Position numbers and translations under genes: made by a program
From: Actinomycetales bacterium
GTDB taxonomy: Bacteria; Actinomycetota; Actinomycetes; S36-B12; UBA5976
DNA length: 64,000 bases
Direction: 5' to 3'
NCBI GenBank assembly: GCA_018969715.1
Contig: JAGWXT010000009.1
Coordinates: forward strand, 4,664-68,663
The notes under the pieces: model-generated
The model's database searches: none
Told to the model about the DNA's origin: nothing
The model's input: only the letters and a program-made list of their open reading frames with translations
Shown here: positions 17,019-27,238 of the stretch, piece by piece
How positions within the stretch are numbered: the stretch's first letter is position 1
Layout of the letters: each line of letters opens with the position of its first letter

Positions 17019-18245
17019 GTGATGCACGACAGCAGGTCTGAGGATCGGCGGCCCTTCCATCTGGCGATGCTCGGCACCCGCGGCGTGCCGGCCCGGTACG
17101 GCGGGTTCGAGACCGCCGTTGAGCGCATCGGGGAGCGCCTCGTCGCACGTGGCCATCAGGTCACCGTGTACGCGCGCAATCCCGGCCAGCGTGACCGGCG
17201 CTACCGGGGGATGCGGGTGGTCAACCTGCCGGCGGTACGCACCCGCACCACCGAAACCCTCAGCCATGCAGTGCTCTCCACCGCGCACACCCTGCTCGCG
17301 GACCGACCCGATGCTGTCTTCGTGTTCAACGCTGCCAATGCCCCGGTGATCCCGGTACTGCGGGCCGCGGGCCTGCCCGTGATCGTCAATGTCGACGGCC
17401 TCGAATCGGACCGGGCGAAGTGGCGCGGCCTGGGCTCCCGGTACTTCGCATGGGCCCAAGCGGCGGCGGTGCGTTGGGCGGATGCGGTGATCGCGGACTC
17501 CCGGGCCATCCAGGTGCGCATCGAGGCGGCGTATGGCCGAGCCACCCACTACATCTCCTACGGCTGCGACCCGGCGACACCGGATACCGACCGACTTCGC
17601 GCCGCCGGTCTGAGCGGCGGGGAGTACACCCTCGTGGTCGCCCGGTTCGAGCCGGAGAACCACGTTGATGTCATCGTCCGCGCCTACCGCGCGGTGCCCG
17701 GGCAGCGGCCACTCGTCATCGTCGGTGACACCCCCTACAGCCGTGACTTCCGGCAGCGCGTCCACGACCTTGCCGAACAGGATGATCGAGTGCGCCTCCT
17801 GGGCACCATCTACGACCAGCCATGGCTGAGCGCACTGTTCGCCGGTGCCCGCCTGCACGTGCACGGCCACTCCGTCGGCGGCACCAACCCCTCCCTACTG
17901 CGCGCAGCGGTCGCCGCCCCCGTCCTCGCCTATGACTGCCCGTTCAACCGGGAGGTCCTCGGCGATCTCGCCGTTGGCTACTGGCGCGGTGAGGACGACC
18001 TCGCGGCGCGGCTGACCACCGCCCTCGCCGGGGAACGCGCTGCCCCTGCCGGGGATCGGATCGCCGCCCGCTACTGCTGGGATGACGTCGCCACCGCCTA
18101 CCTCGCCCTCGCCGAGGGACTCATTACGGGCCGTGTTGCGCCGGCTCCGGGCGGCGTCGAGCCCGCCGCAGCGCCAGTGGCGCCCCGTGGCGTCGAGCCC
18201 GCAGCGGCCGACCCCAGAACCGCCGATGAGAGCCGTCGCCCCTGA
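17019..18245 (+). CDS. Glycosyltransferase family 4 (DUF1972-type, rhamnosyltransferase-like)
   Basis: LGTRGVPARYGGFETAVE, NVDGLE, VARFEPENHVD, HGHSVGGTNPSLL, LAYDCPFNREV. Confidence 0.9.
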   Translation: MMHDSRSEDRRPFHLAMLGTRGVPARYGGFETAVERIGERLVARGHQVTVYARNPGQRDRRYRGMRVVNLPAVRTRTTETLSHAVLSTAHTLLADRPDAVFVFNAANAPVIPVLRAAGLPVIVNVDGLESDRAKWRGLGSRYFAWAQAAAVRWADAVIADSRAIQVRIEAAYGRATHYISYGCDPATPDTDRLRAAGLSGGEYTLVVARFEPENHVDVIVRAYRAVPGQRPLVIVGDTPYSRDFRQRVHDLAEQDDRVRLLGTIYDQPWLSALFAGARLHVHGHSVGGTNPSLLRAAVAAPVLAYDCPFNREVLGDLAVGYWRGEDDLAARLTTALAGERAAPAGDRIAARYCWDDVATAYLALAEGLITGRVAPAPGGVEPAAAPVAPRGVEPAAADPRTADESRRP

Positions 18246-19410
18246 TCCCGGCGGCAGTGGTGCCGACGTTGCACATGCCCCCACCCGGCCGCGCCCGCAC
18301 GCCGGCCAGACCCTTGTGACCGAGCACCCGCCCGATGAGCGCGAGCGGGCCCTGACGGAGCGGGTGCACGAGCTGGAGCAGGTGGTCGAGGAGTACCGCG
18401 TGCAGATGCAGAAGGTGCTCACCTCGTCCTCGTGGCGGGTCACCTCGCCGGTGCGTCTGGCCGCGGGGACCGTGCGCTGGCATATCGGACGGCTCCGCAG
18501 CCGGATGAGCCTGCGCCGGTGGGGCGCCCGTATCGAGGTGCCCATGGTCGGCATCGAGCCGCCGGCCCCCGATCGGCTACCCGAGACCAGCCCGCTGCGG
18601 CGGCTCACCGACCTGCGGCACCCGGCTGTACCGCGCGGGAACCGTCCACCTGAGCCGGTGGTGGACCGGGCCGCGGTGCTCGTCATCGCCCATGTGCACT
18701 ACCCGGCCCTGTGGGCTGACCTCGCCGAGCGGATCGGCCGGCTGCCGATGCCCTACGACCTCATCGTGAGCGTCACCCGCGGTCACGGTGAGCATGCGCT
18801 GCCGGCGATCCGGGCCAGCCACCCCGACGCGCAGGTCGATGTCGTTCCCAATCAGGGACGCGACTGGGCGCCCCTCGTCAGCGCCGCCTCCCGGGGCCTG
18901 CTCACCGGCTACGCGGCGGTGGCGAAGGTGCACACCAAGCGCAGTGAGCACCGGCTGCGGGGGCATACGTGGCGGCTCGACCTCCTTGATGGCGTGTTTC
19001 CCAGCCCACCGGCAACCCAGCGGATGGTTGACCTGCTCATCGAGGACGCGCAGGTCGGCATGATCGTCCCGGGAGGGCATGTGTCCGGCCCCGGGCACTG
19101 GGGGAGCAATCAGGGATGCGTGGAGGCACTCGCCTGCCGGCTGCCGCTGCCCTTCCGACCAGACCGGCTGGCCTTCCCCGCGGGGTCGATGTTCTGGTGT
19201 CGGCCCAGCGTGCTGGCACGGCTGGCGGACCTGCACCTGACGACCCACCACTTCGAGCTTGAGGTTGGCCAGTTCGACGGCACCACCGCGCACGCCCTTG
19301 AGCGGCTGGTCGGGGTGATGTGCACCGCCGACGGACTGGACGTCATCGAGCACCCGCAGGTGGCGCATCGGCTGCGGGAGCACCGGCGTCGGGTGCGGCG
19401 CCCGGTGTGA
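18226..19410 (+). CDS. Second coiled-coil + RgpF-like protein (paralog of the 10747 N-terminal half)
   Basis: SSSWRVTSPVR, HVHYPALW, NQGRDWAP, KVHTKRS, FPAGSMFW, HALER. Start uncertain (ATG 18226 or GTG 18316). Confidence 0.8.
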   Translation: MRAVAPDPGGSGADVAHAPTRPRPHAGQTLVTEHPPDERERALTERVHELEQVVEEYRVQMQKVLTSSSWRVTSPVRLAAGTVRWHIGRLRSRMSLRRWGARIEVPMVGIEPPAPDRLPETSPLRRLTDLRHPAVPRGNRPPEPVVDRAAVLVIAHVHYPALWADLAERIGRLPMPYDLIVSVTRGHGEHALPAIRASHPDAQVDVVPNQGRDWAPLVSAASRGLLTGYAAVAKVHTKRSEHRLRGHTWRLDLLDGVFPSPPATQRMVDLLIEDAQVGMIVPGGHVSGPGHWGSNQGCVEALACRLPLPFRPDRLAFPAGSMFWCRPSVLARLADLHLTTHHFELEVGQFDGTTAHALERLVGVMCTADGLDVIEHPQVAHRLREHRRRVRRPV

Positions 19411-20302
19411 GATTGTCGCCGCTCGCGGCGGCGGGGGGGCTGCCCGCGGCGGGGGGGCTGCCCGCGGTTGCGTGCAGCCGAGCGAGGGAGGCCTCGATCG
19501 CCGCCAGCCGGCCGTGAATGTCGGCGCTGACCGTCGTGGCCACGTTGATGGCTGCCGGCGGGATCTCGTCCCGTCCCCCGACCCCGCCTGCTCGCATCGC
19601 CCCAGCGGCGGGTCCATCACCCTGTGCGGCGGGCACGCCATCGGCATCGCGCGGCCGCAGGAACACTCCCGCCAGGGTGCCTGCCACCAGCGAGGCCAGG
19701 CCCACGCCGATGATCATCATCCCCACGCCCACCAGCCGTCCGCGCACCGTCACCGGAACGTAGTCGCCATAGCCGACGGTGGAGGTCGTCTCGAATGACC
19801 ACCACACGGCATCCCCGTAGCTGGTGATCGTCGCGCCCGGGTGGCCGTACTCGTAGTTGAGCACCAACGCCGAGCCGATGACGATAGCGAGGATGAACAC
19901 CGCCCCACCGATGACGCCGGCCTTCCCCGCCAGGCGGGCGCTGCTGTTGTGCAGGGTGGTGAAGGCGCGCACGAGGTAGAACATGCGCAGCGGCGGCGCG
20001 ATCGCCGCGATCAGCCCCAGCGGGTTGTGCACGATGTACCGCCCCGCATTGCGTGACAGCACCGCGCGTGAGAAATAGTCGCTCACCATCATCACCCAGG
20101 TCACCCAGAATGCGGAGCGCGCAGCCGAGCGCCAGCCGGCTTCCAGCTCCGGGATGAGCAGCAGCACCCACGATGCGATGAACACCAGCGCCACCAGCAG
20201 CAGCAGGGGGTCGGCGATCCGCTCGTACTCCAGCCGTGCCCGCTCGCGCCGTCGGGCCAGCGCCGCGAGCACGGAGTCCGACTGCACTGCGCGAGCCGCC
20301 AC
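19343..20302 (-). CDS. Potassium channel (6TM Kv-like)
   Basis: Pore AVWWSFETTSTVGYGDYVP preceded by four S1-S4-like segments. Confidence 0.9.
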   Translation of the reverse strand: MAARAVQSDSVLAALARRRERARLEYERIADPLLLLVALVFIASWVLLLIPELEAGWRSAARSAFWVTWVMMVSDYFSRAVLSRNAGRYIVHNPLGLIAAIAPPLRMFYLVRAFTTLHNSSARLAGKAGVIGGAVFILAIVIGSALVLNYEYGHPGATITSYGDAVWWSFETTSTVGYGDYVPVTVRGRLVGVGMMIIGVGLASLVAGTLAGVFLRPRDADGVPAAQGDGPAAGAMRAGGVGGRDEIPPAAINVATTVSADIHGRLAAIEASLARLHATAGSPPAAGSPPAAASGDNLTPGAAPDAGAPAADAPPAGAR

Positions 20303-20378
20303 AGGGTGAGGATGCCAGATTCCGCAGGCCCCACCGCGCGCCCGAGGTCGCGGTGGCGATGCGCAAGACGGCCGAGGC

Positions 20379-20453
20379 TGGTGCCCCCGGCAGGATTCGA
20401 ACCTGCGCGCATGGCTCCGGAGGCCACTGCTCTATCCCCTGAGCTACGGGGGC
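20379..20453 (-). tRNA. tRNA-Arg, anticodon CCG, CCA encoded
   Basis: GCCCCCG TA GCTC AGGGGATA GAGC A GTGGC CT CCG GA GCCAT GCGC GCAGG TTCGAAT CCTGC CGGGGGC A CCA folds as a cloverleaf. Confidence 0.97.
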
Positions 20454-20512
20454 GGGGAGAAATGAAGGCTATCAGCAGTGGCGGCGGCCGCGATCCTCCT
20501 AGGCTGGCGCAT

Positions 20513-22174
20513 ATGACCCCGGGACAACTCGAGGCGCTCATCCGCGCCTCCTTGACCCAGCTTGGGCTGCCCACCGCACCGGACTCGATCAGCGCGATCC
20601 TGCCCGAGGTGAGCGTTGAGCGTCCGCGCCGGCCCGAGCACGGTGACTACGCCACGAGCATCGCCCTCGTTGCCGCCGGCCGGCTCGGGGTCGCCCCCCG
20701 CGCCCTGGCCGCGGACCTCGCCCGTGCCCTGGCCGCGGACCCCGGCATTGCCGCGGCCGAGGTCGCGGGGCCGGGTTTCGTCAACATCCGGCTGGCGCCG
20801 GCGGCCGCCGGGGCGGTGGCGCGCACCATCGTCGAGGACGGCGCCGACTACGGCACGAGCACCACGCTCGCCGGCCGCCACATCAATCTGGAGTTCATCA
20901 GCGCCAACCCCACCGGGCCGCTGCACCTTGGCCACACCCGCTGGGCCGCCCTCGGCGATGCCATCGGACGGGTCCTCACCGCGGCGGGCGCGACGGTGAC
21001 GCGCGAGTTCTACATCAATGACCGCGGTGTGCAACTGGACCGGTTCGGCGAGTCCCTGCTCGCGGTTGCCGAGGGTCGCCCGGTGCCCGACGACGGCTAC
21101 CACGGCGCCTATATCGTCGACATTGCCGCCGCGATTCTCGCCGAGCACCCGCAGCTGCTCCACCTACCCGCGGCCGAGCGCCTCGAGCTCGCGCGCGAGG
21201 AGGGCTACCGGATGGTGCTCACCGACCAGCAGCGCGTGCTCGCACTGTTCCGGACGACGTTCGACATGTGGTGCTCCGAGCGCGCACTGCACGAATCAGG
21301 CGCGGTCGAGCGGGCGCTGGACCGGCTGCGCGACGCCGGTCACGTGTACACCCTCGAGGGGGCGCAGTGGCTGCGGACAACCGACGTCGGCGATGACAAG
21401 GATCGCGTCCTGGTCAAGGCCGACGGCGAGCTGACCTACTTCGCCGCCGACACCGCCTACTACCTCGACAAGCGCGCGCGCGGCCATGACCTGCTGATCT
21501 ACCTGCTCGGTGCCGACCACCACGGCTACGCCGGACGCCTGCGCGCGGTCGCCGCCTGCGCCGGCGATGACCCCGACCGCACCCTCGAGGTGCTCATCGG
21601 ACAGCTGGTGCGCATCGAGCAGGACGGTGCAGAGGTGCGCCTGTCGAAGCGGGCAGGCACCGTGGTCACCCTCGAGGCGCTCATCGACGAGGTCGGGGTG
21701 GACGCCGCCCGCTACTCCCTGATCCGGCATCCCGCGGACACCCCGCTCACCCTCGACCTTGACCTGCTGCGCACCCACACCAGCGACAACCCGGTGTTCT
21801 CCGTGCAGTACGCGCACGCCCGGATCGCCGGGGTGCTGCGCAATGCCGAGCGCGCCGGCATCCACTGGCGGGCCGCCGACTTCGACCCGGGGGTGCTTGT
21901 GGCCGAGCAGGAGACCCGGCTGCTCGGGGCGTGTGCGCAGTACCCGCGGGTGGTGGCCACCGCGGCGGAGCTGCGGGCACCTCACCGGGTTGCCCGCCAC
22001 CTCGAGCAGCTCGCCACCGACTTCCACCGCTTCTACGACGCCTGCCGGGTGCTCCCGGCGGGGGAGGCGGCCACCCCCGTCCACATCGGACGGCTGTGGC
22101 TGTCGGCGGCGACCCGGCAGGTGCTCGCCAACGGCCTGGCCCTGTGCGGGGTCAATGCCCCGGACCAGATGTGA
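20513..22174 (+). CDS. argS: Arginyl-tRNA synthetase
   Basis: HGDYATS, EFISANPTGPLHLGH, LSKRAG, QYAHARI; TAGGCT-N7-ATG start. Confidence 0.97.
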   Translation: MTPGQLEALIRASLTQLGLPTAPDSISAILPEVSVERPRRPEHGDYATSIALVAAGRLGVAPRALAADLARALAADPGIAAAEVAGPGFVNIRLAPAAAGAVARTIVEDGADYGTSTTLAGRHINLEFISANPTGPLHLGHTRWAALGDAIGRVLTAAGATVTREFYINDRGVQLDRFGESLLAVAEGRPVPDDGYHGAYIVDIAAAILAEHPQLLHLPAAERLELAREEGYRMVLTDQQRVLALFRTTFDMWCSERALHESGAVERALDRLRDAGHVYTLEGAQWLRTTDVGDDKDRVLVKADGELTYFAADTAYYLDKRARGHDLLIYLLGADHHGYAGRLRAVAACAGDDPDRTLEVLIGQLVRIEQDGAEVRLSKRAGTVVTLEALIDEVGVDAARYSLIRHPADTPLTLDLDLLRTHTSDNPVFSVQYAHARIAGVLRNAERAGIHWRAADFDPGVLVAEQETRLLGACAQYPRVVATAAELRAPHRVARHLEQLATDFHRFYDACRVLPAGEAATPVHIGRLWLSAATRQVLANGLALCGVNAPDQM

Positions 22175-23631
22175 GCGGCGCACCCGGCGACCCGCTCGCC
22201 CCGGGAGTGTGGCCGGTGACCGCTCACCGCGGACCGGCCGGTGCGCTCGTCATCGGCGGGGTCGACGTGCGCGACCTCGTCGCCGAGCACCCCACGCCGG
22301 TGTTCGTCTGCGATGAGGTCGACGTGCGCGAGCGTGCGGCGGCCTACCGGGCGGCTTACGCCCCCGGCGCGCCTGCCCTTGGCGCGCCTGCCCCCGGCAC
22401 GCCCGCCCCGGTCACGCCCGCCCCCGGCGCCGAGGGCGCCCACCCCCCCGGTGAGGTCTACTACGCGGCCAAGGCCTTCCTCGCCGGCACCCTCATCGGC
22501 TGGCTGGCCGAGGCGGGCCTCGGCATCGACGTGTGCACCGGCGGGGAGCTCGCATGCGTGCTGCGCAGCGGGCTGCCGGCCAGCCGGGTCATCCTCCACG
22601 GCAACAACAAGTCCGTCGGCGAGCTCACCGCCGCCCTCGATGCCGGCATCGGGCTGATCGTCGTGGACTCCTTCGACGAGATCGCCCGGCTGGGCTTCCT
22701 CGCCGAGGGCCGGGAGCCCATCCGAGTGCTGCTGCGGGTCACCCCCGGGGTGGCGGCGCACACCCACGAGTTCATCGCAACCGCTCACGAGGACCAGAAG
22801 TTCGGCTTCTCCCTCGCCGGCGGGCAGGCCGCGGAGGCGGTGGCGCGCATCATCGCCCTGCCGCAGCTGCACCTGGCCGGGCTGCACTGCCACATCGGCT
22901 CCCAGATCTTCGACGCGGCCGGGTTCGCCGAGGCCGCTGATCGCGTGGTTGCCTTCGCGGCCCGCGTCCACGCGGCGCACGGGCTGGCCATGGAGGTGCT
23001 CAACCTCGGCGGCGGCATGGGGATCGCCTACCTCGCCGACGACGACCCCCTCGACGTGGCGGCGATGGCCGAGCGGCTGCGCGGGATCGTCCGCAGCGCA
23101 TGCACTGCCCATGGACTCCCCCTGCCGCGGCTCGCCGTCGAGCCGGGGCGCGCGATCATCGGCCCATCGATGGTGACCCTCTACACGGTGGGGACGATCA
23201 AGCCGGTCACCCTCGATGCCGGTGAGGTGCGCACCTATGTGTCGGTGGACGGGGGGATGAGCGACAACCCGCGCACCTCGCTCTACGGGGCGCAGTACAC
23301 CGTCGTCCTGGCCTCCCGGGTCAGCGAGGCGCCGCTGATGGCGTGCCGGGTCGTCGGCAAGCACTGCGAGACCGGGGATGTCGTGGTCCGGGATGCGTGG
23401 CTGCCGGCCGACCTCGTGCCCGGGGACCTGCTCGCCGTGCCCGCCAGCGGCGCCTACCACCGATCGATGGCCTCCCAGTACAACCTCGTTCCGCGGCCCG
23501 GGGTGATCGCAGTCCGGCAGGGGCGCACCGCCACCGTGCTGCGCGCCGAGACGCTCGACGACCTGTTCGCGGCCGACCCGCTGCTCACCGCCGTCCCCGA
23601 ATCGGTGCGAGAATCCGCCCATGGCCGCTGA
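22171..23631 (+). CDS. lysA: Diaminopimelate decarboxylase with a Pro/Ala repeat insertion
   Basis: YYAAKAF (PLP Lys), LHGNNKS, HCHIGSQI, NLGGG, EPGRAI, GKHCETGD; GTG overlaps the argS stop. Confidence 0.95.
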   Translation: MSGAPGDPLAPGVWPVTAHRGPAGALVIGGVDVRDLVAEHPTPVFVCDEVDVRERAAAYRAAYAPGAPALGAPAPGTPAPVTPAPGAEGAHPPGEVYYAAKAFLAGTLIGWLAEAGLGIDVCTGGELACVLRSGLPASRVILHGNNKSVGELTAALDAGIGLIVVDSFDEIARLGFLAEGREPIRVLLRVTPGVAAHTHEFIATAHEDQKFGFSLAGGQAAEAVARIIALPQLHLAGLHCHIGSQIFDAAGFAEAADRVVAFAARVHAAHGLAMEVLNLGGGMGIAYLADDDPLDVAAMAERLRGIVRSACTAHGLPLPRLAVEPGRAIIGPSMVTLYTVGTIKPVTLDAGEVRTYVSVDGGMSDNPRTSLYGAQYTVVLASRVSEAPLMACRVVGKHCETGDVVVRDAWLPADLVPGDLLAVPASGAYHRSMASQYNLVPRPGVIAVRQGRTATVLRAETLDDLFAADPLLTAVPESVRESAHGR

Positions 23632-24988
23632 CGAGGTTCGCTGCGCCCTGCTGGGCGCCGGCACGGTGGGCACGCAGGTGGCCCGCCTGCTCGGGGAGCA
23701 CCGGGCGGATCTGGCCGCCCGCGCGGGTGCACCCCTGCGGCTGGTCAGCGTGCTCGTCACCGACCGGGAGCGCCCACGTCCGCACCTGGCTGCCGCCCTG
23801 GCCGGCCTCGCGGGCACGCCGGCCGCCGAGGGCGCCATCGTCACCGACCGCCCCGAGGACGTGTGGCGCAGCGCACCGGACGTCGTGATCGAGGTGATGG
23901 GCGGCATCGAGCCGGCGCGCACCCTGCTGCTGGCGGCGATGGCCCAGGGGGCCGCCGTCGTCACCGCGAACAAGGCCCTGCTCGCCGCCGACGGTGCCAC
24001 CCTGCACGCCGCGGCCGCGGCCGCGGGCGTCGACCTCTACTTCGAGGCCAGCGTCGCCGGGGCGATCCCGCTGCTGCGACCCCTGCGGGAATCCCTTGCG
24101 GGCGACCGGGTACGTCGGGTGATGGGGATCGTCAACGGCACGACCAACTACATCCTGACCCGGATGACGCAGGGGGGGCTGGACTTCGCCACCGCCCTTG
24201 CCGCGGCCCAGCGCCTGGGCTATGCCGAGGCCGATCCAAGCGCCGATGTCGACGGGCTCGATGCGGCGGCGAAGGCGGCGATCCTCGCCCAGCTCGCCTT
24301 CCATACCCGCGTGACGCTGGCCGATGTGTCGGTCGTCGGGATCACCGGGGTGACCGCAACCGATATCGCCAACGCCCGGGACCTCGGACTGGTCGTGAAG
24401 CTCCTCGCAATCGCCGAGCGGGTCGGCGGGGATGAGGAGGAGCAGGACGGGGTGATCGTGCGCGTCCATCCGACCCTGCTGCCGGCGAGCCACCCGCTGG
24501 CGAACGTCCACGATGCGTTCAATGCGGTGTTCATCGAAGCCGAGGCCGCCGGGGACCTCATGTTCTACGGACGGGGTGCCGGGGGAGCGCCGACCGCCTC
24601 GGCGGTCCTCGGGGACATCGTCGCGGTCGCGCGCAACCGGGTCCGCGGCACCACCGGGCCGGGGGAGAGCACCTACGCCGACCTGCCCGTGCTGCCCATC
24701 GACCGGGCCCGCACCCGGTACCAGCTGGCCCTTGACGTCCTCGACCGTCCGGGGGTGCTCGCCGCGGTCGCGGCGGTGTTCGCCGCCCACGGGGTGTCCA
24801 TCGAGGTGGTTCGGCAGGACGCCCTGCCCGAGCCCGGGCCGGCAGTGGCCGAGGCGCGCCTGATCGTGCGCACCCACACCGCCCGCGAGTCCGCACTGGC
24901 CGCAACCGTCGCCGAACTCGCGGGGCTGCCGACGGTGGATCGGGTGGTGTCGGTGATGCGCGTCGCCGGCGGCGCGGAGCACCGATGA
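23621..24988 (+). CDS. hom: Homoserine dehydrogenase with ACT domain
   Basis: [48 protein letters not shown]. Confidence 0.97.
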   Translation: MAADEVRCALLGAGTVGTQVARLLGEHRADLAARAGAPLRLVSVLVTDRERPRPHLAAALAGLAGTPAAEGAIVTDRPEDVWRSAPDVVIEVMGGIEPARTLLLAAMAQGAAVVTANKALLAADGATLHAAAAAAGVDLYFEASVAGAIPLLRPLRESLAGDRVRRVMGIVNGTTNYILTRMTQGGLDFATALAAAQRLGYAEADPSADVDGLDAAAKAAILAQLAFHTRVTLADVSVVGITGVTATDIANARDLGLVVKLLAIAERVGGDEEEQDGVIVRVHPTLLPASHPLANVHDAFNAVFIEAEAAGDLMFYGRGAGGAPTASAVLGDIVAVARNRVRGTTGPGESTYADLPVLPIDRARTRYQLALDVLDRPGVLAAVAAVFAAHGVSIEVVRQDALPEPGPAVAEARLIVRTHTARESALAATVAELAGLPTVDRVVSVMRVAGGAEHR

Positions 24989-26145
24989 GCGCCGCGGCAC
25001 CTGCGTCCGCCGCCGCGTCCGTCGCGGCGTCCGCCGGGGCGTCCGCCGCGGCACCTGCGTCCGCCGCCGCGTCCGTCGCCGCGGGGCGGACCCACCAGTG
25101 GCGGGGGGTGATCGAGGAGTACCGCGCCCGCCTGCCGGTGGACGCCAGCACCCCGGTCGTCAGCCTCGCTGAGGGTGGCACCCCCTTGGTGCGCGCCCTC
25201 ACCCTCAGCCGGCTCACCGACTGCGAGGTGTGGCTGAAGGTCGAGGGCGCCAACCCCACCGGGTCGTTCAAGGACCGCGGTATGACGGTGGCGATCTCGC
25301 TGGCTGCCCAGGCCGGTGCGCGGGCTGTCATCTGCGCCTCAACCGGCAACACCTCCGCCTCGGCGGCGGCCTACGCCGTCCGTGCGGGCATGACGTGCGC
25401 GGTGCTGGTCCCCGAAGGGAAGATCGCCATGGGCAAGCTCGCCCAGGCGATCATCCACGGGGCGACCCTGCTGCAGGTCGACGGCGGGTTCGATGACTGC
25501 CTCGTCCTTGCGCGCGGGCTGGCCGAGAACTACCCGGTGAGCCTGGTCAATTCGGTCAACCCCGACCGGATCGCCGGCCAGAAGACGGCCGCCTTCGAGA
25601 TCGTCGACGCCCTCGGGCGGGCGCCCGATATCCACGCGATGCCGGTGGGCAATGCGGGCAACATCACCGCCTACTGGGCGGGCTACCGCGAGTACCACGC
25701 CGACGGGCTGATCGAGACCCTGCCCCAGGTGTGGGGGTGCCAGGCCGCGGGGGCGGCACCGATCGTCCTCGGCCATGTGGTGACGCACCCGGAGACGCTC
25801 GCCACCGCCATCCGCATCGGCAATCCCGCCTCGTGGCAGCAGGCCCTGGCCGCCCGCGATGAGTCAGGTGGCCGCATCACCGCGGTCACCGATGAGCAGA
25901 TCCTCGCCGCCTACCGCCTGCTCGCCGGCGGGGAGGGGGTCTTCGTCGAGCCCGCCAGTGCCGCCGGTGTCGCGGGACTCCTCGCCAGCCATGCCAGCGG
26001 CGACCTGCGAGCAGGACAGACGGTCGTGTGCACGGTCACCGGGACGGGGCTGAAGGACCCGCAGTGGGCGCTCGCCGATGCCCCGGAGCCGATCCGCGTG
26101 CCGGTTGCGGCAGCGGCGGCGGCCGCCGCACTCGGCCTCGCGTGA
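24985..26145 (+). CDS. thrC: Threonine synthase with Ala-rich repeat N-terminal extension
   Basis: [36 protein letters not shown]. Confidence 0.97.
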   Translation: MSAAAPASAAASVAASAGASAAAPASAAASVAAGRTHQWRGVIEEYRARLPVDASTPVVSLAEGGTPLVRALTLSRLTDCEVWLKVEGANPTGSFKDRGMTVAISLAAQAGARAVICASTGNTSASAAAYAVRAGMTCAVLVPEGKIAMGKLAQAIIHGATLLQVDGGFDDCLVLARGLAENYPVSLVNSVNPDRIAGQKTAAFEIVDALGRAPDIHAMPVGNAGNITAYWAGYREYHADGLIETLPQVWGCQAAGAAPIVLGHVVTHPETLATAIRIGNPASWQQALAARDESGGRITAVTDEQILAAYRLLAGGEGVFVEPASAAGVAGLLASHASGDLRAGQTVVCTVTGTGLKDPQWALADAPEPIRVPVAAAAAAAALGLA

Positions 26146-27086
26146 CGGGCGGCCTGCGCCGACGCTCGGCGGTCGTCCGCGTCCCGGCGACCTCGGCCAA
26201 CCTCGGGTGCGGATTCGACTCCTTCGGCCTGGCGCTGAACCTCCACGATGAGGTGTCGGTGCGCGTCATCGACGGGCCGGTCACCGTGGCCGTCACCGGA
26301 CACGGTGCCGGGACCCTGCCCTCCGACGGCCGCCACCTCGTGGCCCGCACGATCATCGAGACGCTCACCGACGCCGGGGTGACGCCGCCGGGACTGCACA
26401 TCCAGTGCGTCAACCGCATCCCCCATGGCCGCGGCCTGGGGTCGTCGGCAGCCGCGCTCACCGCCGGCGTACTGCTCGGGCAGGCGCTCATCGGCGAGGA
26501 CGCCGGCGGTGCTCAGCGTGCGGCCCTGCAGGCGGTGGCGACCGCCGAGGGCCATCCGGACAACGCCGCCGCCTGTCTACTCGGCGGGTTCACGATCGCC
26601 TGGCGTGAGCCGGCGGGTGGGTCTGGCGGTGAGCCGGCGGGTGAGTTTCGTGCCCGCAGCCTGCCGGTGCACCCGTCGATCCGGACGGTCGTGTGCATCC
26701 CCCGTCGACCCCTGCCGACGCGGCGGGCGCGGCGCGCACTGGCCACCGAGATCGGCTACGCCGAGGCGACGTTCAACATCGCCCGGGCCGGTCTGCTCGT
26801 TCACGCCCTCGGCGCCGATCCCAGCCTGTTGGTCGTGGCCACCGATGACCGGATGCACCAGCAGCAGCGGGCTGCCCTCATGCCCGACACCCTCGCGCTG
26901 GTGGCGCGGCTGCGCGCGGCGGGTCTCGCGGCGATGGTGTCGGGGGCCGGTCCCACCGTCCTCACCCTCGTCACCGCCGGCCGGCAGGAAGCGGAGGTCC
27001 GTCGGCTGACGGGGGAGGCGATGACGGTGCAGTCGCTGTCGATCAACCGCCGGCCGACGCGGCCGCGCCGCGCGCCAACTCCGTGA
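26142..27086 (+). CDS. thrB: Homoserine kinase
   Basis: [42 protein letters not shown]. Confidence 0.95.
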   Translation: MTGGLRRRSAVVRVPATSANLGCGFDSFGLALNLHDEVSVRVIDGPVTVAVTGHGAGTLPSDGRHLVARTIIETLTDAGVTPPGLHIQCVNRIPHGRGLGSSAAALTAGVLLGQALIGEDAGGAQRAALQAVATAEGHPDNAAACLLGGFTIAWREPAGGSGGEPAGEFRARSLPVHPSIRTVVCIPRRPLPTRRARRALATEIGYAEATFNIARAGLLVHALGADPSLLVVATDDRMHQQQRAALMPDTLALVARLRAAGLAAMVSGAGPTVLTLVTAGRQEAEVRRLTGEAMTVQSLSINRRPTRPRRAPTP

Positions 27087-27238
27087 TAGCGTCAGGCCAT
27101 CCGGGTGTGCTGGTGGGCTCTTTCCACCGCATCTCACACCATCCCTCCCATGAGGGCATGCTCCCGGCCCATTGACGCACCACGCTTCTCACTTGCTGGC
27201 CCGATGACGGCTGCAGCCACCGGAAGGACTTCTCACAC

